Below are positions 53,965-64,000 of a DNA stretch of 64,000 bases, one piece after another. The position numbers and the translations under genes are program-made. This DNA comes from an uncultured delta proteobacterium (GTDB lineage Bacteria > Myxococcota_A > UBA9160 > SZUA-336): positions 1 to 64,000 of the forward strand of contig CAVPHD010000003.1 of NCBI GenBank assembly GCA_963704165.1, read 5' to 3'. The notes under the pieces are model-generated. The model did no database searches, was not told the origin of the DNA, and worked only from the letters and a program-made list of their open reading frames with translations. Position 1 is the first letter of the stretch. Every line of letters starts with the position of its first letter.

Positions 53965-55712
53965 GCCGCCGATTCCTCGAGCTCCGCCTCGAGCTGCTGC
54001 TGGCGATGGGTCCTGGCGTAGAGGCCGCCGCGCGCGACCAGCGCCGAGTGCGTACCCTGCTCCGCGATCCGTCCCTCGTCGAGCACCAGGATGAGGTCGG
54101 CATCGCGCACCGCCGAGAGCCGGTGCGCCACGATGAAGCAGGTGCGATCGACGCGTGCGGCCCGCAGCTCCTTCAGGATTCCCTCTTCGGTCGCGGCATC
54201 CACGCTCGAGAGGGCGTCGTCGAGAATCAGGATCGCGGGATCGAGCGCGAGCGCGCGAGCGAGCGCGATCCGCTGCCGCTGGCCACCCGAGAGCGTGATC
54301 CCCCGCTCACCGACGACGGTGTCGAAGCCGTCCGGGAACTCCTCGATGTCCTCGAGCACGTGCGCGCGCCGTGCAGCCTCGCGCACGTGCGCGCGATCCC
54401 GATCCGGGCAGCCGAAGCGGATGTTCTCTTCGATCGTGGTCGAGAACAGGAAGCTGTCCTGGGGCACGACCGCGCAGCTCGAGCGCAGGAGCGCGAGCGG
54501 GATGCGGTTCACGTCGTTCCCGTCGATCAGCACCGAGCCGTCGGAAACCTCGAGCAGTCGCGGAATCGCGGCGACGAGCGTGCTCTTGCCCGAGCCGACC
54601 TGTCCGACGATGCCGACGGTCTGGCCCGGCTCGACGCGGAACGACACGCCCGCGAGCGCCGGCCGATCGCTTCGGCCGGGAAACGAGAAGCGCAGCTCGC
54701 AGAGCTCGACCGCACCGCCGATGCGCGCGATCGGCAGCAGGTCGCTGCGGTCGCGGATCGACGGCACGACGTCGAGAATCTCGCCGAGCCGCTCCAGACC
54801 GGCCATACCGCGCTGCACGACGTTGATCACCCAGCCGATCATGAATGTCGGGAACGTCAGCTGGATCGTGTACAGGTAGAAGAGCCAGAGATCGGCCGTC
54901 TGGAGCCGTCCGCCGATCACACCGTAGGATCCGGCCGCGAGCACACCGATCTGAGCCAGGATCGGCAACATCTGAATCGTCGTCATCATGCCGGTGTTGA
55001 GGACCGAGAGATGGAGCATGCGCCGGTAGAGCGCGTGCGCCTCGACACCGAATCGCTCGCGTTCCCGGTCCTCCATCGCGTTCGAGCGCACGACGAATAC
55101 GCCCGCTGCGTTCTCCTGCACGGCCGAGGAGAGCTGACCGAGCTGCTCCTGCGCCGAAATCATCGCCTGGTGCATGCGTCGTCCGAAGAAGCGCGCGACG
55201 CCGATGAAGAGCGGATACGGCGAGAGCACCCAGAGCGTGAGCTGCCAGTCGACGTGCAGCATGACCGCGATCGCGCCCAGGTAGAGAACGGGCGTCTGGA
55301 CGATGTTCATCAAGCCCATGCCGAGGAACAGGCGAACGTTGTTCACGTCGTTCACCGCGCGCGACATCAGATCGCCGGTTCGCTGACCCGCGAAGTACGA
55401 CTGCGGCATGCGCTGCAGATGAGAGAACAGCTCCCCGCGCAGTCGGTACTCGATCTCGCGCGCGGCCATGAACAGGACACTTCGCGAGGCGAACGAGAGC
55501 AGAGCGAAGACCACCGCCACGGCGACGAGGACGAGCGCGGCGCCCGTCACCGTCTCGGAGGGCGTCGGCTTCGAGATCTCGGTCACCACGTCGCGTACGG
55601 CGAGCGGAACCATCTGGAAGACGATCGAGTAGGCAACCGTCAACGCCGCGCCGATCGCGTAGCGCCCGCGGAACTGGCGGACGTAGGCCGCAACGCGTTC
55701 TCTCGGGGTCAA
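53961..55712 (-). CDS. ABC exporter half-transporter (heterodimer subunit)
   Basis: TMD + GQVGSGKS, LSGGQ, LILDDAL. Confidence 0.93.
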   Translation of the reverse strand: MTPRERVAAYVRQFRGRYAIGAALTVAYSIVFQMVPLAVRDVVTEISKPTPSETVTGAALVLVAVAVVFALLSFASRSVLFMAAREIEYRLRGELFSHLQRMPQSYFAGQRTGDLMSRAVNDVNNVRLFLGMGLMNIVQTPVLYLGAIAVMLHVDWQLTLWVLSPYPLFIGVARFFGRRMHQAMISAQEQLGQLSSAVQENAAGVFVVRSNAMEDRERERFGVEAHALYRRMLHLSVLNTGMMTTIQMLPILAQIGVLAAGSYGVIGGRLQTADLWLFYLYTIQLTFPTFMIGWVINVVQRGMAGLERLGEILDVVPSIRDRSDLLPIARIGGAVELCELRFSFPGRSDRPALAGVSFRVEPGQTVGIVGQVGSGKSTLVAAIPRLLEVSDGSVLIDGNDVNRIPLALLRSSCAVVPQDSFLFSTTIEENIRFGCPDRDRAHVREAARRAHVLEDIEEFPDGFDTVVGERGITLSGGQRQRIALARALALDPAILILDDALSSVDAATEEGILKELRAARVDRTCFIVAHRLSAVRDADLILVLDEGRIAEQGTHSALVARGGLYARTHRQQQLEAELEESAA

Positions 55713-55772
55713 GCCAGCTCCCTGGGGGCGTTCAAGGTTACCACAAGGCAGATTGGCCTCGGGCCGCGCGCG

Positions 55773-56471
55773 TTACGCAGCCGGGCGCCGACGGTACCAG
55801 CGGGCGATCCGGCCGCGCTCCAGATCGAGCAGGTAGCCCGCCAGCGCGGCGTTGTTGCGCAGGATCTGGCGCAGCACGCCGTTGCGCGCGTAGCGGCGAG
55901 CGGAGGTCCACACGCGTTCGCGCAGCAGAGCGAGTCGCCCGCTGCGCTTGATCAGACCGACGAGATCCAGATCCTCGAAGATCGGCACGGGGCGGATGCC
56001 TCCGGCCCGATCGAGAACGACCTTCCGGACGAACAGCGCCTGATCGCCGTAGGGCAGTCCGCCGAAGCGCGAGCGCAGCTCGACACCCTTCTCCATCAGT
56101 CGGTAGAGCAGCCCAGGCGCCTCGAAGCGAAGCCGGAACGCGCCGCCCGAAACGCCAGGGTCGTCGAGCGAACGCCGAACCGCCTCGGCCCAGTTCGGCT
56201 CGAGCCACGTGTCGGCGTGCAGGAAGAGCACGATCTCGCCCGACGCCTCTCGGTAACCCGCGTCCATCTGGTGGGCACGTCCGGGCAGTGCCTGGATCAC
56301 CTTCTCGGCCCGAAGAAATCGGGCCGTCTGGCTGGTTCCGTCGCTGGAGTTGGCGTCGACGACGATCCGCTCGACCCCGGTCGCACCCGTGCACGCGAGC
56401 GCCCGCTCGATTCGCGTTTGCTCGTTGAGGGTCGGGATGACTACGCTGATCTCGACGCGAGCGGGGCGCAC
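55773..56471 (-). CDS. GT2 glycosyltransferase, TIGR04283-like
   Basis: ISVVIPTLNE, GRAHQMDAG, FLHADT, YGDQALF, FED, TSARRY. Confidence 0.88.
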   Translation of the reverse strand: MRPARVEISVVIPTLNEQTRIERALACTGATGVERIVVDANSSDGTSQTARFLRAEKVIQALPGRAHQMDAGYREASGEIVLFLHADTWLEPNWAEAVRRSLDDPGVSGGAFRLRFEAPGLLYRLMEKGVELRSRFGGLPYGDQALFVRKVVLDRAGGIRPVPIFEDLDLVGLIKRSGRLALLRERVWTSARRYARNGVLRQILRNNAALAGYLLDLERGRIARWYRRRPAA

Positions 56472-56543
56472 GCCCCGATGGTGCTCGCGCGCGGTGCCCG
56501 CGACAAGGGCTCGCGCGAGCGAGCCGAGGAATGGAGGCCGTTC

Positions 56544-57869
56544 ATGACCACGCAGCGCTCAGACGTACTGGTGCTGGGCAGCTCGCTCGGGGGTCTGGTC
56601 AGCGCGACCTACCTGGCGCACGCGGGTCTGCGCGTGGTGCTCGTCGAGGAGGAGTGCCTGGCCAAGCGCCCTCCGCTCCTGCGCGAGCCATTTGCGCTTT
56701 CGGGTCTCGAGTCCGGCGGCGCGGCACAGCAGGTGATGCGTGAGCTCGCGCTGCCTCTGATCGAGCAGCGCAAGGTCGCGCAGCGCGAGGTCTCGCTCCA
56801 GGTCCTGCTACCGCATGCCCGCATCGACGTACACGCTGGCCGGCGCGAGCTCGCTCGCGAGCTCGCGGCCTATCAGCTCTGCGAACCCGACGAGGCGCGA
56901 GCCTTCTTCGAGGCCGCCGACGCGCGCGGCGACGAGATGCGCATGCGGCTCCACGAGCGCGAACCCGACGAGCCACGTGGTGCGTTCATGCGCCGACTCC
57001 TCGCGCGGGCGACGCGCGGCGCTCCGTCGGATGCGGCCCTCGGGCCGATTCCCGCCGGGCTCGAAGCCGTCGTCGGTGCGATCGCCGCCGGGCTCTCGCG
57101 GCTCGTGCCGAACGCGCCGCTCGGACGCGATGCGGCACTCCTGCTGCGCGGGACGCGCGACGGGGGCTTCTTCATGCCGGACGCCGGGTCGCCGTTCCTC
57201 GACCTGTTCCGGCGGCGGTTGCTCGCCCTGCACGGCGAGATCCGCTCGACCGCCGAGTTCGCGCTCGTGAGCGAGCGCGGAGACCTCGGCCTGGAACTCT
57301 CCCGTGGCCGACTTCTCGCGCGCGCGATCGTGCTCGCGGCGCCGCTCGAGCTGATCCGGCGCATGGCCACGGAAACCGGCTCGGCGCCTCGCTGGCTCCC
57401 GGCTCGAACGCCTCCGATCGACATGACGGCGCGGCTCTTCCGCGCCGAGCCCGACAGCCTGCCGGTCGGTCTCGCCGCCCGCGCGGTGGTCGCCCCGGGT
57501 TCACCCGAGGCGATGCACTGGCTGGCCCGACACGCGGACCCGATTCAGAAGGGGGTCGAGTGGGTCCTCGTCGGCGGCCCCGGTGCCTCCCGGCTGCCCG
57601 CCGACCTGCCACTGGGTGATCTCAGTCCGTTTCCGGGCGGAGGGCTCACCCCGGTCGACCTGGGCACCCCGCCTCGCTGGGACCGCGACGCCGTCGACCA
57701 CCGGTTCCTCGCCCCCCGCAGTGGAGGGAACCTGCGCGGCAAGCCGCCCGTGGTCGCGGTCGGCGCCGAAGTCGCACCCGGGCTCGGCTTCGAGGGAGAG
57801 CTGCTCCTGGCCCGGCGCGCGGCCTTGCAGCTGGCCGAACGGCTCGGCGCGCGGCGCGGTCTGGCATGA
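56544..57869 (+). CDS. FAD/NAD(P)-binding protein, distantly phytoene-desaturase-like
   Basis: [27 protein letters not shown] Rossmann start; C-terminal [10 protein letters not shown]. Confidence 0.65.
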   Translation: MTTQRSDVLVLGSSLGGLVSATYLAHAGLRVVLVEEECLAKRPPLLREPFALSGLESGGAAQQVMRELALPLIEQRKVAQREVSLQVLLPHARIDVHAGRRELARELAAYQLCEPDEARAFFEAADARGDEMRMRLHEREPDEPRGAFMRRLLARATRGAPSDAALGPIPAGLEAVVGAIAAGLSRLVPNAPLGRDAALLLRGTRDGGFFMPDAGSPFLDLFRRRLLALHGEIRSTAEFALVSERGDLGLELSRGRLLARAIVLAAPLELIRRMATETGSAPRWLPARTPPIDMTARLFRAEPDSLPVGLAARAVVAPGSPEAMHWLARHADPIQKGVEWVLVGGPGASRLPADLPLGDLSPFPGGGLTPVDLGTPPRWDRDAVDHRFLAPRSGGNLRGKPPVVAVGAEVAPGLGFEGELLLARRAALQLAERLGARRGLA

Positions 57870-57922
57870 CAGAAGGAGAGGCATTTGGTACAAGCCCCCC
57901 CGGCGCCAACAAGGACCGAACC

Positions 57923-58114
57923 ATGGCATTTTCCTGTGATCTCTGCGGCAAGCGACCCTCGACCGGCAACACCGTGAGCCACGCGAACAACAAGTCGCGA
58001 CGGCGCTTTCTGCCGAACCTGAAGAGCGTGCGTGCGAACGTCTCCGGTCGGGTGCGGAAGCTGCGCGTGTGCACGCAGTGCATCCGCTCGGGGAAAGTCA
58101 CCAAGGTCGCCTGA
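57923..58114 (+). CDS. rpmB: 50S ribosomal protein L28 (4-Cys form)
   Basis: [30 protein letters not shown]. Confidence 0.97.
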   Translation: MAFSCDLCGKRPSTGNTVSHANNKSRRRFLPNLKSVRANVSGRVRKLRVCTQCIRSGKVTKVA

Positions 58115-58120
58115 GCGCAC

Positions 58121-59986
58121 GTGCCGGAGCCGGCCGCGCGCGACACGAAGTCCGTCTTCAGGCTGCTCAGCTACGCCCGTCCCTACGCGTGGATCGTCGC
58201 CATCGTGATCCTCTTCTCGCTGCTCTACGGCGGTGGCTTGACGGGTCGGGCCTTCATCTTGAAGGGCCTCGTCGATGACGTGGCGCTCGAGAACGCGCGC
58301 GTCGATTCACTCAAAGAGCTGCTCGACCGACCCGCGGCCAAGGATCTCGATCAGCGGAAGCTGCGAGCCGAGCGCCGCGAGCTCAAGGCCAACGTTCGCA
58401 AGAATCTGGGTCGCACCGCCCTCGCCGGGTTGATGCTGATCCTGGTGATGCCGCTCGTGCGGCTGGTCCGTGACTTCGCCTCGGAATGGGTGATGGCTCG
58501 TGTGCTCGTGGACATGCAACACGACATCGCCACGAAGCTCCTCCAGCTACCGCTCTCCCATCACCAGCGAGATTCACGAGGTGAGTCGATCACTCGACTC
58601 ACGAGTGACACTGGGATCGCGAACCGACTTCAGTCGATGATCTACGGCGACTTTCTCGAAGACCTCGGCGTGGTGGTCATCGCGGTCACGGCCGCGGCAT
58701 TTCTCTCCTGGCAGCTGACGCTGGCGCTGCTCGTGATCGGCCCGCCGATCGCGATCGTGCTTTCGATCTTCGGTGCCCGCATCCGCAAGGCGAGCCGGCG
58801 CCGGCAGCAACAGGTTTCCGAGGTCATGCAGCGGATCGTGCAGATCCTGTCCGGGATCAAGGTGATCAAGGCCTTCGGTGCGGAGCGGCTCGAGAGCGAA
58901 GCGTTCAAGCGCGAGGTGATGCGGTACTTCCGGCGCGCGATGACCGTGGTGAGAAACCGCGTGTACTCTCGCGCGCTCGTCGAGTTCATCTCGCAAGGCG
59001 TGATGCTAGCGGTCGTGTTCCTGGGCATCTGGGCGGTGATCGGCGAGTTCTGGGATCTCACGCTCGGCACTCTGATGGCGTTCACGTTCGTCTCGGGAAG
59101 TCTGTACCGCCCGACGAAGGCGCTCGCCCAGGTCTGGAATAGCATCCACGACGCCCTGCCCTCCGCCGAGCGCATCTTCGAGGTGATCGACGCCGAGGAG
59201 GAGGTGCGGGACGAGCCCGGCGCGGTGGCGATCTCGCGACTTTCCGCGGGCATCGTCTTCCGCGACGTCGTCTTCCACTACGGCCGCGAAGAGGTCCTGC
59301 GCGGGCTCGATCTGGAGATCCCGGCCGGCCAGACCGTCGCGCTCGTCGGCCCGACCGGCGCCGGAAAGACCACGATCGCAGACCTGGTCTTGCGCTTCCA
59401 CACTCCGGAGTCCGGGACCATCGAGTTCGACGGAGTCGATGCAAGGCGGATCGCACGTGGCTCGCTGCGCGACATGTGCGCGGTCGTGACACAGGACCCA
59501 TTCCTCTTCGACACGACGATTCTCGAGAACATCCGCTATGGACGACCCGAAGCGGGCTTCGCGGAGGTGGTCGAAGCGGCGCGTGCCGCGAACGCCCACG
59601 ACTTCATCGAGAAGCTCCCGCAGGGATACGAAACGGAGGTGGGCGAGCTCGGCGGTCAGCTCTCGGGCGGTCAGCGGCAGCGCGTCACGATCGCTCGCGC
59701 GATCCTGCGGGATCCGCAGATCCTGATTCTCGACGAGCCGACTTCTGCGCTCGACGCGAAATCGGAACAGGTCGTTCAGGAAGCCATCTCGAATCTCATG
59801 AAGGGGCGCACGGTGATCGTGATCGCGCACCGCCTCGCGACCGTGCAGTCGGCCGACAAGATCGCCGTACTCGAGAACGGCAAGATCACCATGACCGGAA
59901 CTCACGAGGAGCTCGTTGCACGTGGTGGGCTGTACCAGGAGCTCGTGAATCTTCAGTTCGCCGAGGGGTCCACAGGCAGCGGCTGA
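58121..59986 (+). CDS. MsbA-like ABC exporter
   Basis: TMD + GPTGAGKT, LSGGQ, LILDEPT, AHRL. Confidence 0.9.
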   Translation: MPEPAARDTKSVFRLLSYARPYAWIVAIVILFSLLYGGGLTGRAFILKGLVDDVALENARVDSLKELLDRPAAKDLDQRKLRAERRELKANVRKNLGRTALAGLMLILVMPLVRLVRDFASEWVMARVLVDMQHDIATKLLQLPLSHHQRDSRGESITRLTSDTGIANRLQSMIYGDFLEDLGVVVIAVTAAAFLSWQLTLALLVIGPPIAIVLSIFGARIRKASRRRQQQVSEVMQRIVQILSGIKVIKAFGAERLESEAFKREVMRYFRRAMTVVRNRVYSRALVEFISQGVMLAVVFLGIWAVIGEFWDLTLGTLMAFTFVSGSLYRPTKALAQVWNSIHDALPSAERIFEVIDAEEEVRDEPGAVAISRLSAGIVFRDVVFHYGREEVLRGLDLEIPAGQTVALVGPTGAGKTTIADLVLRFHTPESGTIEFDGVDARRIARGSLRDMCAVVTQDPFLFDTTILENIRYGRPEAGFAEVVEAARAANAHDFIEKLPQGYETEVGELGGQLSGGQRQRVTIARAILRDPQILILDEPTSALDAKSEQVVQEAISNLMKGRTVIVIAHRLATVQSADKIAVLENGKITMTGTHEELVARGGLYQELVNLQFAEGSTGSG

Positions 59987-59993
59987 CTCCAAC

Positions 59994-60728
59994 TCACCCG
60001 GTCTCTCTGGCACGGCGGCGCCCGTACTCGATCCATGCCATGACTGAAAGCGCACCGACGGTGAACCAGAGAAGCGCATAGCCGCGGTGATCCACGGGAC
60101 TCACGGGCCGAGCCGGCTCCCCGATCGGAAGTCCGCCCGACTCGGGCTCGACCGATTGCACCATGACCGCCGCGAGCCGATACGGAACCTGGCCGTTGAG
60201 CTTCGCGACGAGACTCGGACGATCGGGGCTGAAGCGCGGGAAGTGCGTCCGACGCTGCGCGCGAGAGCCGGGAACCGCTTCACGCAGCGCAAGCGGAAGC
60301 ACGAGCCCGGTCACGGTCATCACAGCGCCCTCTCCGGTCTCCGTCGGCATGAAACGCGGCGTTTCCGCCTGTGGAATCCATCCGCGATCGACGAGCACCC
60401 GTGGGGCGTCCGCTGACTCGCCTTCTCGGTGGAGCGGCGTGAACACGCGCGCACCGAGCGCATGGCCTCGCTCCACGGGCCCGACCAGGATCGTATCGGA
60501 AAGCTCGAGCCGGCCGCGGATCGTGGTGCGGCGGAACGCGTAGCCGTCCGGCTCCTTCCCAGCCTCCGCGATCTCGACCGACGGCAGCTCGATCCTCGCG
60601 CTCTTCTCGGCGAGATCCGCCGTGCGCCAGAGATGACGGCGAACCTGCCAGGTGCCGAGCGAGCAGAACGCGAGCACAGCGACGAGCGTGATCACCGTGG
60701 GGCCGCGGCCGGGACGAAAACCGGACAC
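59994..60728 (-). CDS. SURF1 family oxidase assembly protein
   Basis: LGTWQVRR, VLVDRGWI, HRGYALLWF. Confidence 0.92.
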   Translation of the reverse strand: MSGFRPGRGPTVITLVAVLAFCSLGTWQVRRHLWRTADLAEKSARIELPSVEIAEAGKEPDGYAFRRTTIRGRLELSDTILVGPVERGHALGARVFTPLHREGESADAPRVLVDRGWIPQAETPRFMPTETGEGAVMTVTGLVLPLALREAVPGSRAQRRTHFPRFSPDRPSLVAKLNGQVPYRLAAVMVQSVEPESGGLPIGEPARPVSPVDHRGYALLWFTVGALSVMAWIEYGRRRARETG

Positions 60729-60734
60729 AGCGTC

Positions 60735-61571
60735 TCAGGACCGCGCCGAAGTCGCGCCCGCGACCTCGGCGATCTCATCGCGCATCTGCGCGACGGGCTG
60801 CTCGAGTCCGAGCCAGCGCCTGGCGATCCGTCCGCCTCCATCGACGAGGAAGGTCGCGACCACGTGATCGATGTTCCCGTCCGAGGCTCGCAGCGTACCG
60901 ATCCCCCAACGGCGAACGACGTCCGCCACATCCGTCTCCGGTCCCGTCAGGAAGGACCAGCCCGACAGATCGACGCCGCGCGCACGGGCATACGCATCGA
61001 GGACGTTCGGGGTGTCGTAGGCAGGATCGAGCGAGATCGAGACGAAGCGCACGCGTTCGCGCAGGTCGGGCGAGAGCATGCGCTGCAACTCGACGTGGCG
61101 GGACGTCAGGATCGGACACGGGCCCGTGCACCGCGTGAAGATGAAATCGACGACCAGGATCTCGCCCGACAGATCGCCGAGCGAGACGCGCTGCCCCGTC
61201 TGGTCGATCAGCGAGAAGTCCGGAGCCTTCTCGCTCTGGCGCAGGGTCGAAGCGAGGGATGGCGCGCGCGAGGCGCCGCTTCGCGATTCGGCTTTGCGCA
61301 CGGCGATGATCCGATAGCTCCGCTCCGTGACCTCGAGGTCGAACTCGATGTGTTGCCCCGGCGAGAGCTTCGCGAGCACGGCCGGATCGGGAACGCTGAA
61401 GCTCATCGTCATCGCGGACATCAGTCCCGGGATCTCGTCGTGCTCGATCCGGGCTTGCCCGTTCTCGGCATCCACCTCGTGAACGACACCGTGAACCGTG
61501 TACACGCGGCCGCCCCCGCAGCCGAGAAGAGCCGCGAGCAGCGCGACGACGAGTACGCCGCGAGCGGTCAA
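60735..61571 (-). CDS. SCO1/SenC copper chaperone with CusF-like N-terminal domain, lipoprotein
   Basis: LLGC lipobox; HDEIPGLMSAMTMSF; FIFTRCTGPCP; IDH. Confidence 0.9.
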   Translation of the reverse strand: MTARGVLVVALLAALLGCGGGRVYTVHGVVHEVDAENGQARIEHDEIPGLMSAMTMSFSVPDPAVLAKLSPGQHIEFDLEVTERSYRIIAVRKAESRSGASRAPSLASTLRQSEKAPDFSLIDQTGQRVSLGDLSGEILVVDFIFTRCTGPCPILTSRHVELQRMLSPDLRERVRFVSISLDPAYDTPNVLDAYARARGVDLSGWSFLTGPETDVADVVRRWGIGTLRASDGNIDHVVATFLVDGGGRIARRWLGLEQPVAQMRDEIAEVAGATSARS

Positions 61572-61584
61572 GACGCCAGGGGTC

Positions 61585-61860
61585 TCAGGCAATCGTCCGG
61601 CCGTGCTCGGGCGCAGCTGCCATCGCGATCTCTCCAGAGGCGGCTTCGGATTCGAGCTGTCGCGCGCGGCCGCGGAGCCAGTACACCAATCCACCGACGA
61701 GGCCGAGCGGCAAGAGGCTCATGAAGGCGGTGGCGATCAGGTACGCGATCTGCACGCTCTCGTCCTGCGCGGCGATGCAGAGCGGGCACGCGGCGGCCGC
61801 GAGCGGACTCGACAGCACCAGCGCGAACGCGGCGAGTGAGGCTTGGGCTTTACCCGTCAT
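61585..61860 (-). CDS. small CxxC membrane protein of the oxidase cluster
   Basis: Signal-like segment, then ACPLC and one TM helix; ATGA overlap with the upstream gene. Confidence 0.7.
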   Translation of the reverse strand: MTGKAQASLAAFALVLSSPLAAAACPLCIAAQDESVQIAYLIATAFMSLLPLGLVGGLVYWLRGRARQLESEAASGEIAMAAAPEHGRTIA

Positions 61861-62453
61861 GCCAGATAGACCCTCCAGTACAGGATCGGCCAGACGCCCA
61901 CGACGAAGTACCAGAAGATCTCCGCCGAGGCCAGCGTCGACCGCGGGACCTCCCCCTGGCCCATTCGCATCCACACCCAGCCGAGCACGCCGAGCGCGAT
62001 CACCGCGTGCAGAGCGTGGAGCCCGACGATCAGGAAGAAGAAACTTCCCAGCGCACTCGAGCTCAGCGTCAGCCCCCCCGCCAGAAGCGAGAGCCACTCG
62101 CGACCCTGCAGCAGTACGAAGCCCGAGCCGAAGATGAGCGCCCCGAGCAGAAGCGTCCGCGCCATCTCCGGTCGGGTCCGGTGACGCCGGATCGCGACGA
62201 AAAGCAGCGCTCCGCTCGCGAGCAGGAGGCTGGAATTGAACGCGGTCTCGGCGATCGGCAGTCGCGGTTGGTCGAGCGGCGGCCAGATCACGGCCGAGCC
62301 GCGCATGATCGTGAATGCCGACACGAATCCGGCGAAGAACATCAGCTCCGTGATCACGAAGATCAGCATCGCGAACACCGAACTCGGCAGGAGTTGGGTT
62401 CGGGCCGAAGTTCGTGGAGCTCCTCGCTGGTGCAGGGGGATGGGCGCGACCAA
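61857..62453 (-). CDS. cytochrome c oxidase subunit III-like
   Basis: TELMFFAGF, GLHALH, FWYFVVGVW. Confidence 0.88.
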   Translation of the reverse strand: MVAPIPLHQRGAPRTSARTQLLPSSVFAMLIFVITELMFFAGFVSAFTIMRGSAVIWPPLDQPRLPIAETAFNSSLLLASGALLFVAIRRHRTRPEMARTLLLGALIFGSGFVLLQGREWLSLLAGGLTLSSSALGSFFFLIVGLHALHAVIALGVLGWVWMRMGQGEVPRSTLASAEIFWYFVVGVWPILYWRVYLA

Positions 62454-62465
62454 AGAGCAGGTCTC

Positions 62466-62855
62466 CTAGTGTGCTTCCTCGTGAACGTGTTCTGCTCCGG
62501 CGGTGGCCGGTTCGTCCGACGAGGTCGCTCCGTCCATCCACGCCGGCTTGCTCCAGTACCGGCCGTGCGATTCCATCACGTCTGCTGCGGTGCCGGCGAA
62601 GAAGAGGAGCATGAACAGCAGCATGGTCGCGATGATGTAGGCCACGAACTTCGGAGCCACGTCGATGTGCATGAAGTTCTTGACGACGAGGTACGCCTTG
62701 ACGACCGCGACTCCGAAGGCGGTGACCAGCGTGACTGTCTTGATCTCGAGCATCGGTCCGGCAACGCTGACGATCAGAAGCACGAGCAGAACCGCCCAGA
62801 TCTTCACGTAGTTCGGGTGGTGAGCGTGCTCCGCGTGGGATGCGTGATCCGTCAT
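62466..62855 (-). CDS. cytochrome c oxidase subunit IV family
   Basis: YVKIW, KAYLVVKNFMH. Confidence 0.88.
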   Translation of the reverse strand: MTDHASHAEHAHHPNYVKIWAVLLVLLIVSVAGPMLEIKTVTLVTAFGVAVVKAYLVVKNFMHIDVAPKFVAYIIATMLLFMLLFFAGTAADVMESHGRYWSKPAWMDGATSSDEPATAGAEHVHEEAH

Positions 62856-62865
62856 CTGAAGGCTC

Positions 62866-63447
62866 CTACTTCGCGATGTAGAGAAGGGGGAAGAGGAAGA
62901 TCCAGACGACGTCGACGAAGTGCCAGTACAGTCCGATCAACTCGACCCGCTGCAGCTCGAGGTTCTTTCGGGCAGTCTTCGCGATGAAGCCCATGATGAT
63001 CACGCCGGCGATGACGTGCGCCGCGTGAATCCCCGCCGCCGTGTAGTAGAACGACCAGAAGGTGTTCGAGGCGATCGTGAAGCCGTGCTGGATCTCGTTG
63101 GTCCACTCGAAGGCCTTCACGGTGATGAAGATCAGGCCGCCGCCCATCGTGTACAGGAGAAGGCGAGCTGCCTTCGGACCATCGCCCGAATCGGCCGCCT
63201 TGTGGGCGAGCACGGCCGAGAGACTCGACGTCAGCAGCACCAGGGTGTTGAAGGCGCCGATCCAGGTATTCGTGTGCGCGGCTTGCTCCGCGAACGCGTC
63301 GTGCGCGAGCCGGTGCATGATGTACGAGCCGAGAAGTCCGCCGAAGATCACGATCTCCGACGCGATGATCCACCAGACGGCCAGTCGTCCGGTGGGCATT
63401 CCCGTGACACTGCGTCCGGTCGCGATCGGTCGGCTTGCTGCGGTCAT
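62866..63447 (-). CDS. cytochrome c oxidase subunit III
   Basis: ASEIVIFG, HAAHV, YWHFVDVVWIFLF. Confidence 0.92.
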   Translation of the reverse strand: MTAASRPIATGRSVTGMPTGRLAVWWIIASEIVIFGGLLGSYIMHRLAHDAFAEQAAHTNTWIGAFNTLVLLTSSLSAVLAHKAADSGDGPKAARLLLYTMGGGLIFITVKAFEWTNEIQHGFTIASNTFWSFYYTAAGIHAAHVIAGVIIMGFIAKTARKNLELQRVELIGLYWHFVDVVWIFLFPLLYIAK

Positions 63448-63464
63448 CGCCCCTCTCCTCGCCT

Positions 63465-64000
63465 CTAGCTCGGCACGTTCTGCGGCCAGAAGTCGTCTTT
63501 GCGGTCGGGAACGCTGTACTCGTACGGGCCGCGATACACCGTCGGGAGTTCGGCCCAATTCCCGTGTGGGGGCGGCGAGTCGGTCGTCCACTCCAGCGTG
63601 TTGGCGAGCCACGGGTTCTTGTCGGCCTTTCGACCCCAGAGCAGGCTCGACGCGAAGTTGTAGAGAAACACGAGCTGGAATCCGAGCATGATGATGAGCG
63701 AGATCGTCGCGAACTGGCGCATCGCCTCCATCATCGGCGACGAGAGCTCCGGGAAGTTCGTGTAGTCGAAGATACGCCGGTGATCACCGAGCACACCCGT
63801 GGCGAAGAGCGGGATGAAGATCCCGTTGAACGCGATGAACGTGCCCCAGAAATGGATCTTCCCGAGCGTCTCGTTCATGTGCTTCCCGAACATCTTCGGG
63901 AACCAGAAGGTGATCCCCGCGAAGGTTCCGATGATCGCGATCGGGAAGAACGTGTAGTGGAAATGCGCGAGCACGAAATAGGTGTCGTGCAGATAGATGT
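63465..64000 (-). CDS. ctaD: cytochrome c oxidase subunit I, 3' part (runs off the window)
   Basis: HDTYFVLAHFHY heme ligands, WFPKMFG, NPW..TLEW. Confidence 0.95.
   Translation of the reverse strand, partial: IYLHDTYFVLAHFHYTFFPIAIIGTFAGITFWFPKMFGKHMNETLGKIHFWGTFIAFNGIFIPLFATGVLGDHRRIFDYTNFPELSSPMMEAMRQFATISLIIMLGFQLVFLYNFASSLLWGRKADKNPWLANTLEWTTDSPPPHGNWAELPTVYRGPYEYSVPDRKDDFWPQNVPS

Noticed and set aside
55773..56471. Arsenosugar biosynthesis cluster
   Set aside because: Only the glycosyltransferase is present; no arsM, radical SAM or TIGR04282-like neighbour.

Overview
High-GC bacterial core-genome segment. Gene content and order suggest a Myxococcota/delta-proteobacterial lineage (inference; the 16S needs classifying). 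It holds about 50 housekeeping and metabolic genes (purA, serA, aroA, tyrS, zapA, gltBD, glpK, ftsY, smc, rpmB, three ABC exporter subunits, the 3' part of a heme-copper oxidase cluster), a complete minus-strand rRNA operon (16S-tRNA-Ile-tRNA-Ala-23S-5S) and tRNA-Lys. I saw no CRISPR array, integrase, transposase or phage gene. At least 13 genes, including essential ones, carry frameshifts, mostly +1 insertions that look like consensus artefacts. The first ~780 bp look like a chimeric join. I cannot support a claim of a major new system. The best leads are: (i) a PhlABC-like module, with a Cys-less HMG-CoA-synthase-like/DUF35 fusion plus a thiolase and a tandem EthD protein; (ii) two small hydrophobic ORFs missed by the ORF track, one with a structured leader and converging on the rRNA terminator; (iii) a three-hairpin, RBS-occluding leader on a PEP-CTERM gene; (iv) a dyad-symmetric 105-bp divergent promoter region upstream of gltB; (v) leaderless-mRNA signatures; (vi) no room for 6S RNA or rny at the zapA-ygfA-tyrS locus.
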